DNA of 64,000 bases, from sequence record MK562505; one strand, 5' to 3'. Of this stretch, positions 24,208 through 34,901 are shown piece by piece. The DNA comes from Shigella phage Silverhawkium. The first letter of the stretch is position 1, and every line of letters begins with the position of its first letter. Position numbers and translations under genes: made by a program. A model generated the notes under the pieces. The model had not been told where the DNA came from and did not search any database. It saw nothing but the letters and a program-made list of their open reading frames with translations.

Positions 24208-25560
24208 TTATTCGTAAGCCACTGTGCCTTTCAAGTCAACATCCAAGATAGCCCCTGCAAGAATACCGTGGAAGGTAATATCTTTCAGAATACGTGCTTT
24301 CTTATCTGCCAATGATACTTGTGAGGCTTTAGGAACAGTAACGGTATAAGTAGACAAAAAGTTTCTGTTAACTGCTCTCTGAAGAGATGTTTCAATGACC
24401 TGACGAATACGGGTAATACCAGTATCATCATAAGTAATCTTACCACCCTTCTGATTAATTAGCAAGTCTCTCAGAGAAGTTTTCAAATCAGATTCTAACC
24501 AGTCAACACCACGAATGATATCAATCCATTCTCCACCAGAAGTGATACCTCTACGCACAACTGGAACGCCACCATCAAGGTCAACGAAGTTACAGCTACG
24601 TGCATCAAGAGCAGACTTCTGAATGCTTGTCAGAGGTCTCTGATTAGCTGGCTGCAAAGATGCTTCCACACCAGTTAACTGAGCGTTACCCCAAGCAATT
24701 GAACCTGCATCATATGGAGCACCATATGCAATGTAAGCCATTTCTGGATAGTCAAACTGTGCAGTGTGATGCCATAGGCAAACTGTACGAGTGTATTTGC
24801 TCTTAGCAAGTTGTGCTGGTACGTCTGTAGCAGACTCTAGCTCAGTTCCTTGCAGGGCTTTCACATCAGCGTTAGCTGTGAAGAAAATCTTCTTACGAGC
24901 TTGAATCTCTGAAGCCATTGCCAATACAAACTGTGAAGTTCTATCTTCCGTGGCAATGAAATACCAATCAGTTGAATATGCTTCGATAGAGGCCAATGCA
25001 GTCGATGCTGTGTCGGCAGTCGTTGCAGCTACTGAAACTGTCTGTGTAGTTGTGGTAACTTTTACGAAGTCATTGTCACCAGCTTTTGTGATAATCATCG
25101 TTGCTGAAGAACCTGAACCAGTTACGCTAACAGATACACCCTCACTAATTGATGGCTGTGCTTCAATCTGTGTTTTGAACTCTCCAAGAACAATTTCAGC
25201 AGTGTCGTCAGCTTTAGCTGTATACTGGAATGGCTGAGAAATACCACCACCAATAGCAACTGTCAGTGAATATTCTTTACTTTCTTCAACTGTGTCTGGG
25301 ATTGAAACTGTATACTGCATAGTACGTCTACCAATATACAACTGAGTTACTTTTGGAGTTTGACTCCATAGCTGTTTAGCAGCTTTATACGCAGCAGTAT
25401 CTTCATCAAAGTCTTCGGCTACTTCAGATAGGGAAGTGTAACCACGAACTCTCTCTTCAAAGTTATCAGTTGAAGCGAGGAACAATGGTAAACCAAACCC
25501 TTCTCTCGTAGTCCCTGCTGTGTTCAATGTAATATCTACATTAACAATTGGATTCCACAT
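24208..25560 (-). CDS. contractile tail sheath protein
   Basis: 450 aa, position preceding tube gene. Confidence 0.6.
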   Translation of the reverse strand: MWNPIVNVDITLNTAGTTREGFGLPLFLASTDNFEERVRGYTSLSEVAEDFDEDTAAYKAAKQLWSQTPKVTQLYIGRRTMQYTVSIPDTVEESKEYSLTVAIGGGISQPFQYTAKADDTAEIVLGEFKTQIEAQPSISEGVSVSVTGSGSSATMIITKAGDNDFVKVTTTTQTVSVAATTADTASTALASIEAYSTDWYFIATEDRTSQFVLAMASEIQARKKIFFTANADVKALQGTELESATDVPAQLAKSKYTRTVCLWHHTAQFDYPEMAYIAYGAPYDAGSIAWGNAQLTGVEASLQPANQRPLTSIQKSALDARSCNFVDLDGGVPVVRRGITSGGEWIDIIRGVDWLESDLKTSLRDLLINQKGGKITYDDTGITRIRQVIETSLQRAVNRNFLSTYTVTVPKASQVSLADKKARILKDITFHGILAGAILDVDLKGTVAYE

Positions 25561-26160
25561 TTATTTTACCCCTTTGGAGTCTACATCTAGATGGATAGTA
25601 TATTCTGGTGGCTCCTGTCCTTCCTCATAAACCAATTCACCATCAACAATGATACGTTCAATAATATTTCCACGTTCATCTTTTAATACTGAATTTTTTA
25701 CAAGTGTTACAACAAGAGGTGCAGAATTTTCAAAGTCTGTGTTAAGATAAGTATAGTCATTTGGGATAGCTCCAGTGTCTAAGACTGTTGCTCCAGTTTC
25801 TTCAAGAATTAAATCTCTTGTAGTACTCATCTCTAACCTTTGTTTCAACTCAAGCATAATGCTATGAGCACCTTTACCATTTACCGTGATTAATACTGGA
25901 ATCTGGAAAGCAATTCTGTAACAAACTACATCATCTTCCACGAATTTATCAAGAACCCACCCGTAAGGTGTTGTAGCATCTTGACAGTAAACAGTAATAA
26001 ATGGCTGGTCAGGTTTTAAACCTTTATCATTAGAGTTGTCAGAAGGGTAAGCCCTAATAACATTTGGTCTGTTATTCTTATCTCGTGCTAAACGGTGTCC
26101 AATAACATCTACCAAAGTTCTAACAATCCCTTTCTCAAGTTCTGCTGTTTCTAACTGCAT
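25561..26160 (-). CDS. head-tail joining / tail completion protein (199 aa)
   Basis: Positional only. Confidence 0.35.
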   Translation of the reverse strand: MQLETAELEKGIVRTLVDVIGHRLARDKNNRPNVIRAYPSDNSNDKGLKPDQPFITVYCQDATTPYGWVLDKFVEDDVVCYRIAFQIPVLITVNGKGAHSIMLELKQRLEMSTTRDLILEETGATVLDTGAIPNDYTYLNTDFENSAPLVVTLVKNSVLKDERGNIIERIIVDGELVYEEGQEPPEYTIHLDVDSKGVK

Positions 26161-26536
26161 TCATTTTATCCCTTCTAATGATGATATATTCATAATGGGA
26201 TGTGTGAGCTAACTGATTAGACCAATCCATAGTCATAAATACCTCATATTCGTGACCATCAATCATTACAATATCTGCCTCTGTCCATTCAACATCATCA
26301 GAGGTTCTCAGTTTAGCTACAGTGAAAAGGATTCTTGTATCTGTAAGTCTGATACCTTCAGGTAAAACAATCTGTGTACCATTCTTTACAGAACCCTTAA
26401 TGTAAGGTTGAATATTACCTTTGCAGTTCACTTCCACAATATCCTGAGAAGATACCCAATCACCATCGGCATTGTAATAACCATCTTCAGAGACCTTGCG
26501 TTTGACTACAAAGCTGTGTCGATTTAAGAGTCTCAT
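26135..26536 (-). CDS. head-tail connector protein (133 aa)
   Basis: Positional only. Confidence 0.35.
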   Translation of the reverse strand: MRLLNRHSFVVKRKVSEDGYYNADGDWVSSQDIVEVNCKGNIQPYIKGSVKNGTQIVLPEGIRLTDTRILFTVAKLRTSDDVEWTEADIVMIDGHEYEVFMTMDWSNQLAHTSHYEYIIIRRDKMNAVRNSRT

Positions 26537-27015
26537 TTCTTAATACCCTTTTTAGTAGAAATTTTATAAGCAAGGTTATCTCGTAAATCTCCAGTCTCCA
26601 CTAGAGGTGCATTAAAGCCTTTCTTTTTAACAGTGGAAGGAGCATTAGGAGGAAGGATAGCAGTATTACCAAAACCTCTCTTAATAGACTTTTGAGCACC
26701 TTTTGCAAATGCCTCTAAAGTATCTGAGGGGTCTACATTAAGACTGTTTAGTTGCTTATAGAGATTCTTCTTAGTCTGCTCTAACAAGGTCTGTCTAGAT
26801 AACATCATAGTAATTTCGAACAGCCTACGATACACTTTACCAGAAGCTGAGGGAACACCTATAACTTCGTGTAAGTACATTAAAGCAGGATAAGAAAAAC
26901 CAGAGCTATGTTGACCTTGTTCTTGAAAATACCCAACTTGAGCATTAGCCGTTCGCAAGTTCTTCATAGCCCCGACTAATTTAGCTCTAGCGGGGTGAAT
27001 AACCCTTTTTACCAT
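26533..27015 (-). CDS. head-tail connector protein (160 aa)
   Basis: Positional only. Confidence 0.35.
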   Translation of the reverse strand: MVKRVIHPARAKLVGAMKNLRTANAQVGYFQEQGQHSSGFSYPALMYLHEVIGVPSASGKVYRRLFEITMMLSRQTLLEQTKKNLYKQLNSLNVDPSDTLEAFAKGAQKSIKRGFGNTAILPPNAPSTVKKKGFNAPLVETGDLRDNLAYKISTKKGIKK

Positions 27016-27464
27016 TATTCATCTCGCTCAATAATAAATACGCCATTGACACGTTCACAGTAATCTCTACCGTTGTATCTAGCAGCATCGCCATATTCAG
27101 TGTATTTCTTGACAGAGCAAGGATTACGACGACGCATATCAATATCACACTGATTAATACCACCCGCATAGGGAATACCATTAACAGAGCTTTTAACTAG
27201 GTCGTCGTAGACAGCTTTCAGAGATTTAAATCTGGAAGAGTTACGTAAATAAACACCACCAACTTTCTCATCTCCCATCTTGGCTACTTGAAAGAGTAAA
27301 TATTTAAGAGCTTTGATGGCTGCTTTCTTTTCATCCTTTCCAGATTCTAGATAGAACCACTCTAGCACCGATTGTTCAATAAGAATTTCATCGTTATTGG
27401 TATCGGTGCAGAGGATTCTAACTCTATCAAGAGGGTTATTGGCTGGGTCGCCTGTATAACACAT
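27015..27464 (-). CDS. head completion/adaptor protein (149 aa)
   Basis: Positional only. Confidence 0.35.
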   Translation of the reverse strand: MCYTGDPANNPLDRVRILCTDTNNDEILIEQSVLEWFYLESGKDEKKAAIKALKYLLFQVAKMGDEKVGGVYLRNSSRFKSLKAVYDDLVKSSVNGIPYAGGINQCDIDMRRRNPCSVKKYTEYGDAARYNGRDYCERVNGVFIIERDE

Positions 27465-27485
27465 TTATAACCCTCCTTATCTGAA

Positions 27486-28589
27486 TTACTCTGCGTCTGA
27501 ACGAACGTCAACCAGCAGTTGAGGACGTGTGCAGTATGGCAGCATGTAAGAGTGAGCTTCGAAGTCAATACCTTCGTCACGGTCTTTTTCGTATTCAAAT
27601 ACGTACAGTTCCTGACCAAGAGTATTTGCATAACCCATCTTAGGACATGGAGCGTAAGCCACTTCAAAGATGTTGTTTGCTTCACCCAGCATTGCTACGT
27701 TAGGGAAAGCATGACCTACACCAACGTTAGTATCAGAAACACCATCAATGCTAACCAGAGTGTGAGTCTTACCACGCTTGTCTTTGAACTTACCGTTGTA
27801 CTGTACGAATACAACACCACCGTAGTAGAAACGGTTCATGTGAGCCTGAACACCGTCAGCCCCACCAGTTCTCAGAGAACCAGTAATCTGTTGCCAAGCC
27901 AGCGGAGTCTGCTGTGCAAGGTATGCATCACGAATCTTAGGATGCTTGATAAGCTTGCTGAAGAAAGTTCTGTCAACAACGATGTGAATTTCTTCACCGT
28001 TGATTACAGTACCTGTCTTAGCTTCGTCTTCCATGTGCATACGCAGGTCTTCGATATGAGCATCGATATCAGAGTTCGGGTTGTCCAAGTCAAAGTAGAT
28101 AGTCTTCTTAGTTACATCGAACTGCTTGTACAGGTCTGCGTACAGAACACCGTTAGCGTCGATAACTTTACCCTTCAGAGCTTGCATGAACAGGAACTCA
28201 CGAGTAATATCAAACTTGGTACGAATCTTCATCAGCTTCTTAGCACGTACAACTGCTTCAGTAGTCAGTTCATTTGCAGTGCCTGGCTGACGAACACCCT
28301 GAATCTCATCAGGAGTAATGCTTTCAACTTCCTTGAAGTACATCATTGGGAAGCTAATCTGACGAACACGTTCAGGAGCGCTAGTCTCAGCTTTACGGCT
28401 AGTGCGGTCTACAGCGTCAAGCAAGCTGATATCCCAATCAGTCAGGTCCATCAGGAAAGTCGTCGTAGTTTGTGGAGCAGAACGGAACAATCCCAGACCA
28501 GAGATATATCCGTAAGTATTTGGAATAGACTGGACTTCACCAGTTAAATCAGCAAGGAAAAATCTGCTTTTTTCAGAATTAGTCAACAT
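27486..28589 (-). CDS. major capsid protein
   Basis: 367 aa, follows protease/scaffold and decoration-like gene. Confidence 0.55.
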   Translation of the reverse strand: MLTNSEKSRFFLADLTGEVQSIPNTYGYISGLGLFRSAPQTTTTFLMDLTDWDISLLDAVDRTSRKAETSAPERVRQISFPMMYFKEVESITPDEIQGVRQPGTANELTTEAVVRAKKLMKIRTKFDITREFLFMQALKGKVIDANGVLYADLYKQFDVTKKTIYFDLDNPNSDIDAHIEDLRMHMEDEAKTGTVINGEEIHIVVDRTFFSKLIKHPKIRDAYLAQQTPLAWQQITGSLRTGGADGVQAHMNRFYYGGVVFVQYNGKFKDKRGKTHTLVSIDGVSDTNVGVGHAFPNVAMLGEANNIFEVAYAPCPKMGYANTLGQELYVFEYEKDRDEGIDFEAHSYMLPYCTRPQLLVDVRSDAE

Positions 28590-28620
28590 TGTAAAATTCT
28601 CCAGAATGTCTTATTATTAA

Positions 28621-28998
28621 TTACAGGCCAGTTGGGACGAAATCAATACCTTTCGCCTTCAGAGCAGTCTTGACAGCAGCAGCATCAACGCTTTCTGCCA
28701 AAGTCAGCATGTCTTTCAGTTCAGCGTCACGGTAGATACCAACGACTTTTAACTGACCATGATAAGACAGTTGCAGGTCTGCGTAGAAGTTGACGATACA
28801 TACAGAGTCTGCCTGAGATTCTTCACCTGCTGCGACCTTAGTACCATCAGCTTTCAGAACTTCACCTACACGGTATTCTGTGCTGGCTACTGGAGCGTAC
28901 TCTTTACGAGAATGTCCAGTTGGTGTAATCTGTTCCCAAAGGATAATATCGTTAAGAGGTTCTCTGTTACCTAATTTAGTAAAACCTTGATATGCCAT
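28621..28998 (-). CDS. head decoration / auxiliary capsid protein (125 aa)
   Basis: Small ORF immediately upstream of capsid gene. Confidence 0.35.
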   Translation of the reverse strand: MAYQGFTKLGNREPLNDIILWEQITPTGHSRKEYAPVASTEYRVGEVLKADGTKVAAGEESQADSVCIVNFYADLQLSYHGQLKVVGIYRDAELKDMLTLAESVDAAAVKTALKAKGIDFVPTGL

Positions 28999-29010
28999 TA
29001 TTTGTGTTCC

Positions 29011-30357
29011 TTATTTGATAAGAGTTTTCAAAGCATTCTGGAGAGCCAGTTTGCGTTGGTCAGCGTTAGCATTAGCATTTGCTTCTGGAGCGGTGTCTTT
29101 ACCGTCATCCACTTCTGCTTCACCGTCATTTCCAATTTCTTCCATTGCGGTAGAGTGTTCCAGAACAGCACCAGCAGTTTCTTTCAGCTTAGTGATTTCT
29201 GAATCTTTCTCTTCCATTGCAGAAGCATGGGACGCGATAGTTTCATTAAGTTTCTGGTTAGCACCTTCCATAGCATTCATAAACAGAACACTCAGAGGGT
29301 TGTCAAGACCAGCACCTAAAATAGCTGTTGCAGCTTCTTTTGCATCAAACCCGAAAGCTTCAGCAGAAGCAGAAATCTTGCCAGTTAAATCTGACAGTGC
29401 AGCTTCCTGTTCTTTAGCTTTCATTTGAGCAACCTGAAGACGCAGAGCTTCTAGTTCTTGCTTTTCTTGTTCAGTCATTTCTTCACCTGAATTGTTAACG
29501 TTTAAACTTACAGGAGCCTCTTCAGAACCTTGTAAGTAATTTAAGAAATCATCTTGAGACATGATTGAGTTAATTAAACCAAGTTCAAGAGCTTCCTGAG
29601 CAGAATAAACATTCGCCTCAGTATTCTTTACAGCTTCTTCAGAGATGTTACGAGACTCCGCTACAAAACCTGTAAAGGTTGAATAGGTGTCGTTAATTCT
29701 CTTTTGAAGTCTTTCTTTGCTTTCTTCTGAAAGTGCTTGGAATGGAGAACCCATACCTTTAAATTCACCAGCTTTGATAACGTTAATAGTAACGCCATTC
29801 TTTTCAAATGCCTTGGTCAATTCTTGGTGAACCATAATTACACCAATTGAACCAACGTCTGCATCTGGTGATGCAATAATTTCTTCAGCAGAAGATGCAA
29901 GAGCATATGCAGCGGAACAAGCGAACTCATCTACATAAGCGATAATTTTCTTTTGGCCTCTTGAAGCCATAATGTGACGTGCCAACTCAAAGCAACCTGA
30001 CGCTTCACCACCACCTGAGTCAACGTGCAGTACAATTGTCTTAATAGATTCATCTGCTAAGGCTTCATCAAAACCTCTGCGTAAACCTTCATAAGAACTC
30101 AGACCACCTGTACACATTGCATCCATGAATGTCATACGATGTGTTAGGCCACCCATAATAGGAATAATAGCAATATCATCTTTAACTTTTAAAAGACTTC
30201 TTGCTTCACCTTTAGGTTTATCAAAATTGACTGCTGCTTGAACTTCACCTAGCAAACGGTTATTAACATACGTCGCTGCTGAGTGAGCTAATGATTCAGT
30301 GGCTAGTAAAGGTTGGTTGAATAATCTATCAGCAAGTCTGAAGATATTCGAACTCAT
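29011..30357 (-). CDS. prohead protease (S49/ClpP-like) fused to scaffold domain
   Basis: N-terminal peptidase-like segment (FACSAAYALASSAEE) then Ala/Glu/Lys-rich coiled-coil C-terminus. Confidence 0.55.
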   Translation of the reverse strand: MSSNIFRLADRLFNQPLLATESLAHSAATYVNNRLLGEVQAAVNFDKPKGEARSLLKVKDDIAIIPIMGGLTHRMTFMDAMCTGGLSSYEGLRRGFDEALADESIKTIVLHVDSGGGEASGCFELARHIMASRGQKKIIAYVDEFACSAAYALASSAEEIIASPDADVGSIGVIMVHQELTKAFEKNGVTINVIKAGEFKGMGSPFQALSEESKERLQKRINDTYSTFTGFVAESRNISEEAVKNTEANVYSAQEALELGLINSIMSQDDFLNYLQGSEEAPVSLNVNNSGEEMTEQEKQELEALRLQVAQMKAKEQEAALSDLTGKISASAEAFGFDAKEAATAILGAGLDNPLSVLFMNAMEGANQKLNETIASHASAMEEKDSEITKLKETAGAVLEHSTAMEEIGNDGEAEVDDGKDTAPEANANANADQRKLALQNALKTLIK

Positions 30358-30368
30358 TATTACTCACC

Positions 30369-30701
30369 CTATTTGTTTAAATCAACGGACACTGAAGAGA
30401 TAACATAGATACCTTCTTCAGCAAAGAACTGAGGACTACTCAAAGCACCTGTTGCCATGCACTTATCATTGTCATCCCATAGGCTAAAATGTGAAACCGT
30501 TGCAGAAGCCGGAACAGTAATGTTTACCGTATCTTCCGAGGCGATTAAGCCGTTATTAGGTTCCGAAAAGAAGATAGCCACTGGCTGAGTAACCTTATTT
30601 GCTGTAGGGTCTGCCGTTGGGTCTACGTTGTGTAATACAATAGTCGTTGGGGTTAGTGTGGCTAGGATTTTATTCTTACCATCAATAGTTAATGTTCCCA
30701 T
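30369..30701 (-). CDS. hypothetical head protein (110 aa)
   Basis: Positional only. Confidence 0.3.
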   Translation of the reverse strand: MGTLTIDGKNKILATLTPTTIVLHNVDPTADPTANKVTQPVAIFFSEPNNGLIASEDTVNITVPASATVSHFSLWDDNDKCMATGALSSPQFFAEEGIYVISSVSVDLNK

Positions 30702-31201
30702 TAATTAAACCTTACTTTTTGTTTAAGGACTGTTGAATGGTTACCAGATTCATCCACCACATTTACAATCATATCATAAACTTTACCTTTGACAAGTACT
30801 TTGTAATCATTTTGTGAAAAAATGTATTCAAGTCTGTTAGTGACTTTGTTTACTGTCATAGGAGATTGAAATGCTGTATCAATGGTAATGAAAGCAGCTT
30901 CAACACTATTAACGTTAACACGTTTATTCTCACAGTTATATAACTTTACACCCAAAAGGCATGAACTGTCAAATGGAATTTTAACAATTTCGTTACAATT
31001 GTTTGAAATAAACGAATTTCCGCTCATTGGAGCATCAAGTAACCTGCAAATAGTGAAAACGTCAGAGGTTCCACCATCACTAACATAACCTGAAAGGCTG
31101 ACTCTTGAGCCAGCCCTTACAGATAATTCATCAGTAATGATTAAGACACCTCTATAAGAATGCACTCTCGTAGCATTTGAAATAGAGATAACTTCTGCCA
31201 T
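30701..31201 (-). CDS. hypothetical head protein (166 aa)
   Basis: Positional only. Confidence 0.3.
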   Translation of the reverse strand: MAEVISISNATRVHSYRGVLIITDELSVRAGSRVSLSGYVSDGGTSDVFTICRLLDAPMSGNSFISNNCNEIVKIPFDSSCLLGVKLYNCENKRVNVNSVEAAFITIDTAFQSPMTVNKVTNRLEYIFSQNDYKVLVKGKVYDMIVNVVDESGNHSTVLKQKVRFN

Positions 31202-32667
31202 TATTTGTTTGCCTTGTTAGCTGTACTTGGGTCTTTTGCTGAAGGAGTCTTAGCAGTCCCTTCTCCAGCAGTCTTATAACCATCACCAGAGCGACTCTGA
31301 GTGTTTGGAGATAATGTCTCAGATACTGGTTTTGATTCATCAGCAGGTTCAAGGTCAAGGTATTCTCTAAGCTTGTTAGACAGAGGTTTGTCAACTTCAA
31401 GAGCACCGACTGCAACTGTCTTCTGAATAAAGGAAGCAATAGCTTCTAAATCAGGGGTTTCAATATCATCATAAACAATCTCAACATGTTCTTCATCGTC
31501 CCACATATTCAGAGCATAAGTCTGAGCTACTAGGTCACGATTAATGACATTCTTGATTTGTTTTAAGAGAATATCTACAGACATTGCAAGTAAGCTTGTC
31601 TTAGAATCTGCTAGAGAGAATGAACCATATTTTGATTGTCCCATTGCAAGAATATCAGACATAAATGCCATCATAATCTGCTTAGAATATCTGTCAATGA
31701 TTGCCCCTGTGTCATAAGCTTTAGCACCCTGTCTAGACACTAATGAGAACTCAAAAATATCCTCTTTAGTTTCTGGGTCAATAAATCTAGGCCAGATAAT
31801 ACCTGCCCTGTCATTTGCAATCATATCATTAACGATATCTTTGCAGTATTGTACGAAAGCTTTCTTCTCAGGTTCTGCATTCTCATCCAGATAATCTGGT
31901 GGAAGACCAATCTTAGGCATACCCACTAAGTCTCTGGAAACACCAACTGCTTCATACTCTTCAATCTGTACTTTATATTTCCAAGGTACATAAGCATTAA
32001 GTAATGGTGAACGACCTTCTGGGTTACCATATTCATCATCATACTTAAACAGTAAGAATTTACTTCTTGGGAGTTTTCTTGTTAGTGGTTGTTCTGCAAG
32101 ATTCATTGCTCCAGTGATGTATGAGATGTTTCTAAGGTTCTGTCTAACTCCAGTAACTTTTCTGTAGTCAGCATCAAAATACCACTTATCAAGAGTGGAT
32201 TGGTTTCTGATTGGTAACTTAGCCCAACCAATTAAACCGTCATTATATTTTGATGGATATTTCCCTTTCTTACCTTGACGCTTTTTGTAAACTTTTTCAT
32301 TGACACAGAAGCCATAAGTGCAGAATGACATTACAGAGTTAATAAAGTCAGCCCAATCATGCTCCATGTCATTCATTAATGAGTTGAAGAACTCTGCTCT
32401 TTCAATAAGCTTTGCATCTTTCTCTTTACCCTTCGGTGGTACGAATCTCCAGTTTACCTTTCTAACAAACATTTTAATAATGTTCACAGATGCAGCTACT
32501 GCTGGGTCTCGCATCATAAGTTGGAAAGTCTTAATACTTTCTGGGAATCTTAAAGCCTGTCTAGGTTCTTCATAGATTCTTCCTGAACGAACTTTAAGGC
32601 CAAGACTCCCAACCTCACCCATTCTGAATGGAGGAAGGCTTTCTTGTGTTTCTGTGATATCTGCCAT
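31201..32667 (-). CDS. portal protein
   Basis: 488 aa, immediately downstream of large terminase; acidic Lys/Ala-rich C-terminal tail. Confidence 0.6.
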   Translation of the reverse strand: MADITETQESLPPFRMGEVGSLGLKVRSGRIYEEPRQALRFPESIKTFQLMMRDPAVAASVNIIKMFVRKVNWRFVPPKGKEKDAKLIERAEFFNSLMNDMEHDWADFINSVMSFCTYGFCVNEKVYKKRQGKKGKYPSKYNDGLIGWAKLPIRNQSTLDKWYFDADYRKVTGVRQNLRNISYITGAMNLAEQPLTRKLPRSKFLLFKYDDEYGNPEGRSPLLNAYVPWKYKVQIEEYEAVGVSRDLVGMPKIGLPPDYLDENAEPEKKAFVQYCKDIVNDMIANDRAGIIWPRFIDPETKEDIFEFSLVSRQGAKAYDTGAIIDRYSKQIMMAFMSDILAMGQSKYGSFSLADSKTSLLAMSVDILLKQIKNVINRDLVAQTYALNMWDDEEHVEIVYDDIETPDLEAIASFIQKTVAVGALEVDKPLSNKLREYLDLEPADESKPVSETLSPNTQSRSGDGYKTAGEGTAKTPSAKDPSTANKANK

Positions 32668-32679
32668 TCTTTCTACCTA

Positions 32680-34296
32680 TTAGAATCTTAGCCCCTGATA
32701 TGGGTTGCTTCTTACAATATCTGTGTGAGAACCCATTGAAGGTGGCTTAAATAGTTTAACTTCGTTTAGACTGTTGAAAGCATCACTGGTAGCATCCACT
32801 TGGTCATCCTTAGTTCGACCATCACCACAAAAACCTTCTAGTTCTTGAAAGTAAGCCTCATTCCAAGAGCCTCTCACAATTTTTACAAGACCAGCTTCTG
32901 AAGCAGCAGAGAAACCCGCAAAACGGGTAACTTTATCTTTATTGGTAGGTTTAGCTCTTGCTCTATAGCCTTTCTCAGCAAGTTTTCTAATAAGAGATGT
33001 TGCGTAGGATTTACCAGCAGCGCCTGGGTCTTGTGGGATAAAAATACCAGTGCGTTTACCATCACCTTCAGCAGTCAGGTTAATTTGTGTCTCAACTCCA
33101 GAAGGTCTATCTCTAAATCTTACTACGTTAATTACATAATAGCAACCATCTTTTTTAGATTTACCCATTTTAACACCTGCTGTCCAGTCAGGGTTAGGGT
33201 TAACTTCAGAAGGTAATGTTGCAGCCAAGTCCCAAGCTCGAACATCAAATACATCTGCTGGAACACTATCAACAATCTCACACCATTGTCTTTGCCAATA
33301 GTTTGAACCTTCTGCACGAGCTTTCCAGTTACCGAAACGAAGTCTTGCAACGTTGACTGGTGTATTGTTTTCCAATTTACCACGATATTTTGGTTCTAAG
33401 AAGTCAAGGATTGGATTATCATCAATCGTACCAGAAATAAAGGTGTATGTTTGAGGAATCTCAAGAGGGAACATTTCAAGAATCTTATTCTTATCCCAAT
33501 CAGAAATCATAACACCATCACTCATTACATACCAACGAATCCTACCGCATTTAGCTGGGTCTGGATAACCTTCTTCATCCAAGAATGGTTCTACCCAATC
33601 GTAAATAAAGTGGTCTCTATCTGGGTTCATTGAAATCTTCATATATGAGTCACCTTCAGCACCAGAACGTAAACGTGTCTGTAGATAAGAAATCTGTGAA
33701 GCTGAGAAGTGAGTCCCTTCATCGAAATAGATAGCGGAATACTCAATCCCTTGGTGACCCTCTGAGTGCTTTTCAAGTTCCAAATAAGTGAACTTGATAG
33801 TTGCCCCTGAAGGGAATGTAATAGTCATCTTCTGTTCATGTGGGATTCCACCGAACTTACCAAATAACTTTTTAGCTGCTGGCCACAAACCACCCTGTAA
33901 CTGTGTAGTGTTTCTACGGAAATATACAGCATTATAGTTAGGGTCATCAATAAATCTTAGAGAGTCCATTAAAAGGGCAGCAGTCTTACCAGCACCAGCA
34001 GCACCACCATATAGCACTAGGTCAGCATTAGTGTTCAAGAATACCTCTTGAGAGCCAGGCTGAGGGGCTACATAGTTCTTGTCAGTCATCAATTTAAAGA
34101 TGAGTCTTACTTGGTCTGGGGTGTATCTTAATAAAGTCAGAATTTGAGTTGGAAGGAATTTAGAGGGGTCTTTACCAAATGATTTGATAATTTCTTTTAC
34201 TTCTTCAGAAAGCCCCAACTCACCAGCTAGGACTTTCCTTACATCTTCCACTCGCTTCTGCTTAATAGCATTTAAGTCCATTAAGCACCTCTGCAA
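32680..34296 (-). CDS. terL: terminase large subunit
   Basis: Walker A LYGGAAGAGKT near N-terminus; 538 aa; precedes portal. Confidence 0.8.
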   Translation of the reverse strand: MQRCLMDLNAIKQKRVEDVRKVLAGELGLSEEVKEIIKSFGKDPSKFLPTQILTLLRYTPDQVRLIFKLMTDKNYVAPQPGSQEVFLNTNADLVLYGGAAGAGKTAALLMDSLRFIDDPNYNAVYFRRNTTQLQGGLWPAAKKLFGKFGGIPHEQKMTITFPSGATIKFTYLELEKHSEGHQGIEYSAIYFDEGTHFSASQISYLQTRLRSGAEGDSYMKISMNPDRDHFIYDWVEPFLDEEGYPDPAKCGRIRWYVMSDGVMISDWDKNKILEMFPLEIPQTYTFISGTIDDNPILDFLEPKYRGKLENNTPVNVARLRFGNWKARAEGSNYWQRQWCEIVDSVPADVFDVRAWDLAATLPSEVNPNPDWTAGVKMGKSKKDGCYYVINVVRFRDRPSGVETQINLTAEGDGKRTGIFIPQDPGAAGKSYATSLIRKLAEKGYRARAKPTNKDKVTRFAGFSAASEAGLVKIVRGSWNEAYFQELEGFCGDGRTKDDQVDATSDAFNSLNEVKLFKPPSMGSHTDIVRSNPYQGLRF

Positions 34297-34302
34297 ATAG
34301 AA

Positions 34303-34569
34303 TTATTCAGGTTGAACTTCTTCTGGTTTAGCTTCTACACCAAATTTAGCATCCACTAAATCCAGAAGCTTATCCATAGTTGCTTCTTTAGGGTCAATAC
34401 CCGTAGCATTAATCAGTCGTTCAGCAACAGCCATAACAGTTGTCTTCAACATTTCAGCGTGTTTCTGAGTTTCATAAAGTTCTTTGTAAACGTTAGTCTC
34501 ATTCATTGTATTTTCTCCAAAAGTAAAGTTAATGGTTCCTCTGAAAAAAGACGGCGCAGAGACCGTCAA
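34303..34569 (-). CDS. hypothetical protein (88 aa; likelier start at internal MNETNVY)
   Basis: Small acidic ORF upstream of terminase; too small for a typical small terminase. Confidence 0.3.
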   Translation of the reverse strand: MTVSAPSFFRGTINFTFGENTMNETNVYKELYETQKHAEMLKTTVMAVAERLINATGIDPKEATMDKLLDLVDAKFGVEAKPEEVQPE

Positions 34570-34724
34570 GGAGAAACCACAATGTATGCCAGAGACATAC
34601 TGTATAAGTCTTCTTATAAAGTATAACTCTATAAAAAAGCCCTGTCTAAAAATACTCTCCGGTAGCGAAAGGGAGAATACTCATAGCAGGGCATATAATA
34701 ACTTTGAGAGAGATATTATTAAAT

Positions 34725-34800
34725 TGGAGTATCGGAAGGGACTCGAACCCTCATAAACCTGTTTTGCAGACAGGAACATATCCATTTCTGTCACCGATAC
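34725..34800 (-). tRNA. tRNA-Cys (anticodon GCA)
   Basis: Manual fold: 7-bp acceptor GTATCGG/CCGATAC, anticodon loop CTGCAAA, T-loop TTCGAGT, CCA encoded. Confidence 0.65.
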
Positions 34801-34806
34801 ATAATT

Positions 34807-34899
34807 TGGAGGAAGATACCAGACTTGAACTGGTACGCCGATTTCTCGGTTACTGGCAGTTTAGCAAACTGCTCCCTTACCTGTTAGGGTTAATCTTCC
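34807..34899 (-). tRNA. tRNA-Ser (anticodon GCT), long variable arm
   Basis: Acceptor GGAAGAT/ATCTTCC, anticodon loop TTGCTAA, long variable arm, T-loop TTCAAGT. Confidence 0.65.
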
Positions 34900-34901
34900 A
34901 G

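Noticed and set aside
27519-28547. 342-aa plus-strand ORF
   Set aside because: Lies entirely antisense to the major capsid gene and has odd composition; most likely a shadow ORF.
29015-29428. 137-aa plus-strand ORF
   Set aside because: Antisense to the protease/scaffold gene, Ala/Ser-rich low complexity; shadow ORF.
34303-34569. Small terminase subunit
   Set aside because: At 66-88 aa the ORF is too short for typical small terminases and has no recognisable DNA-binding motif; kept as hypothetical.
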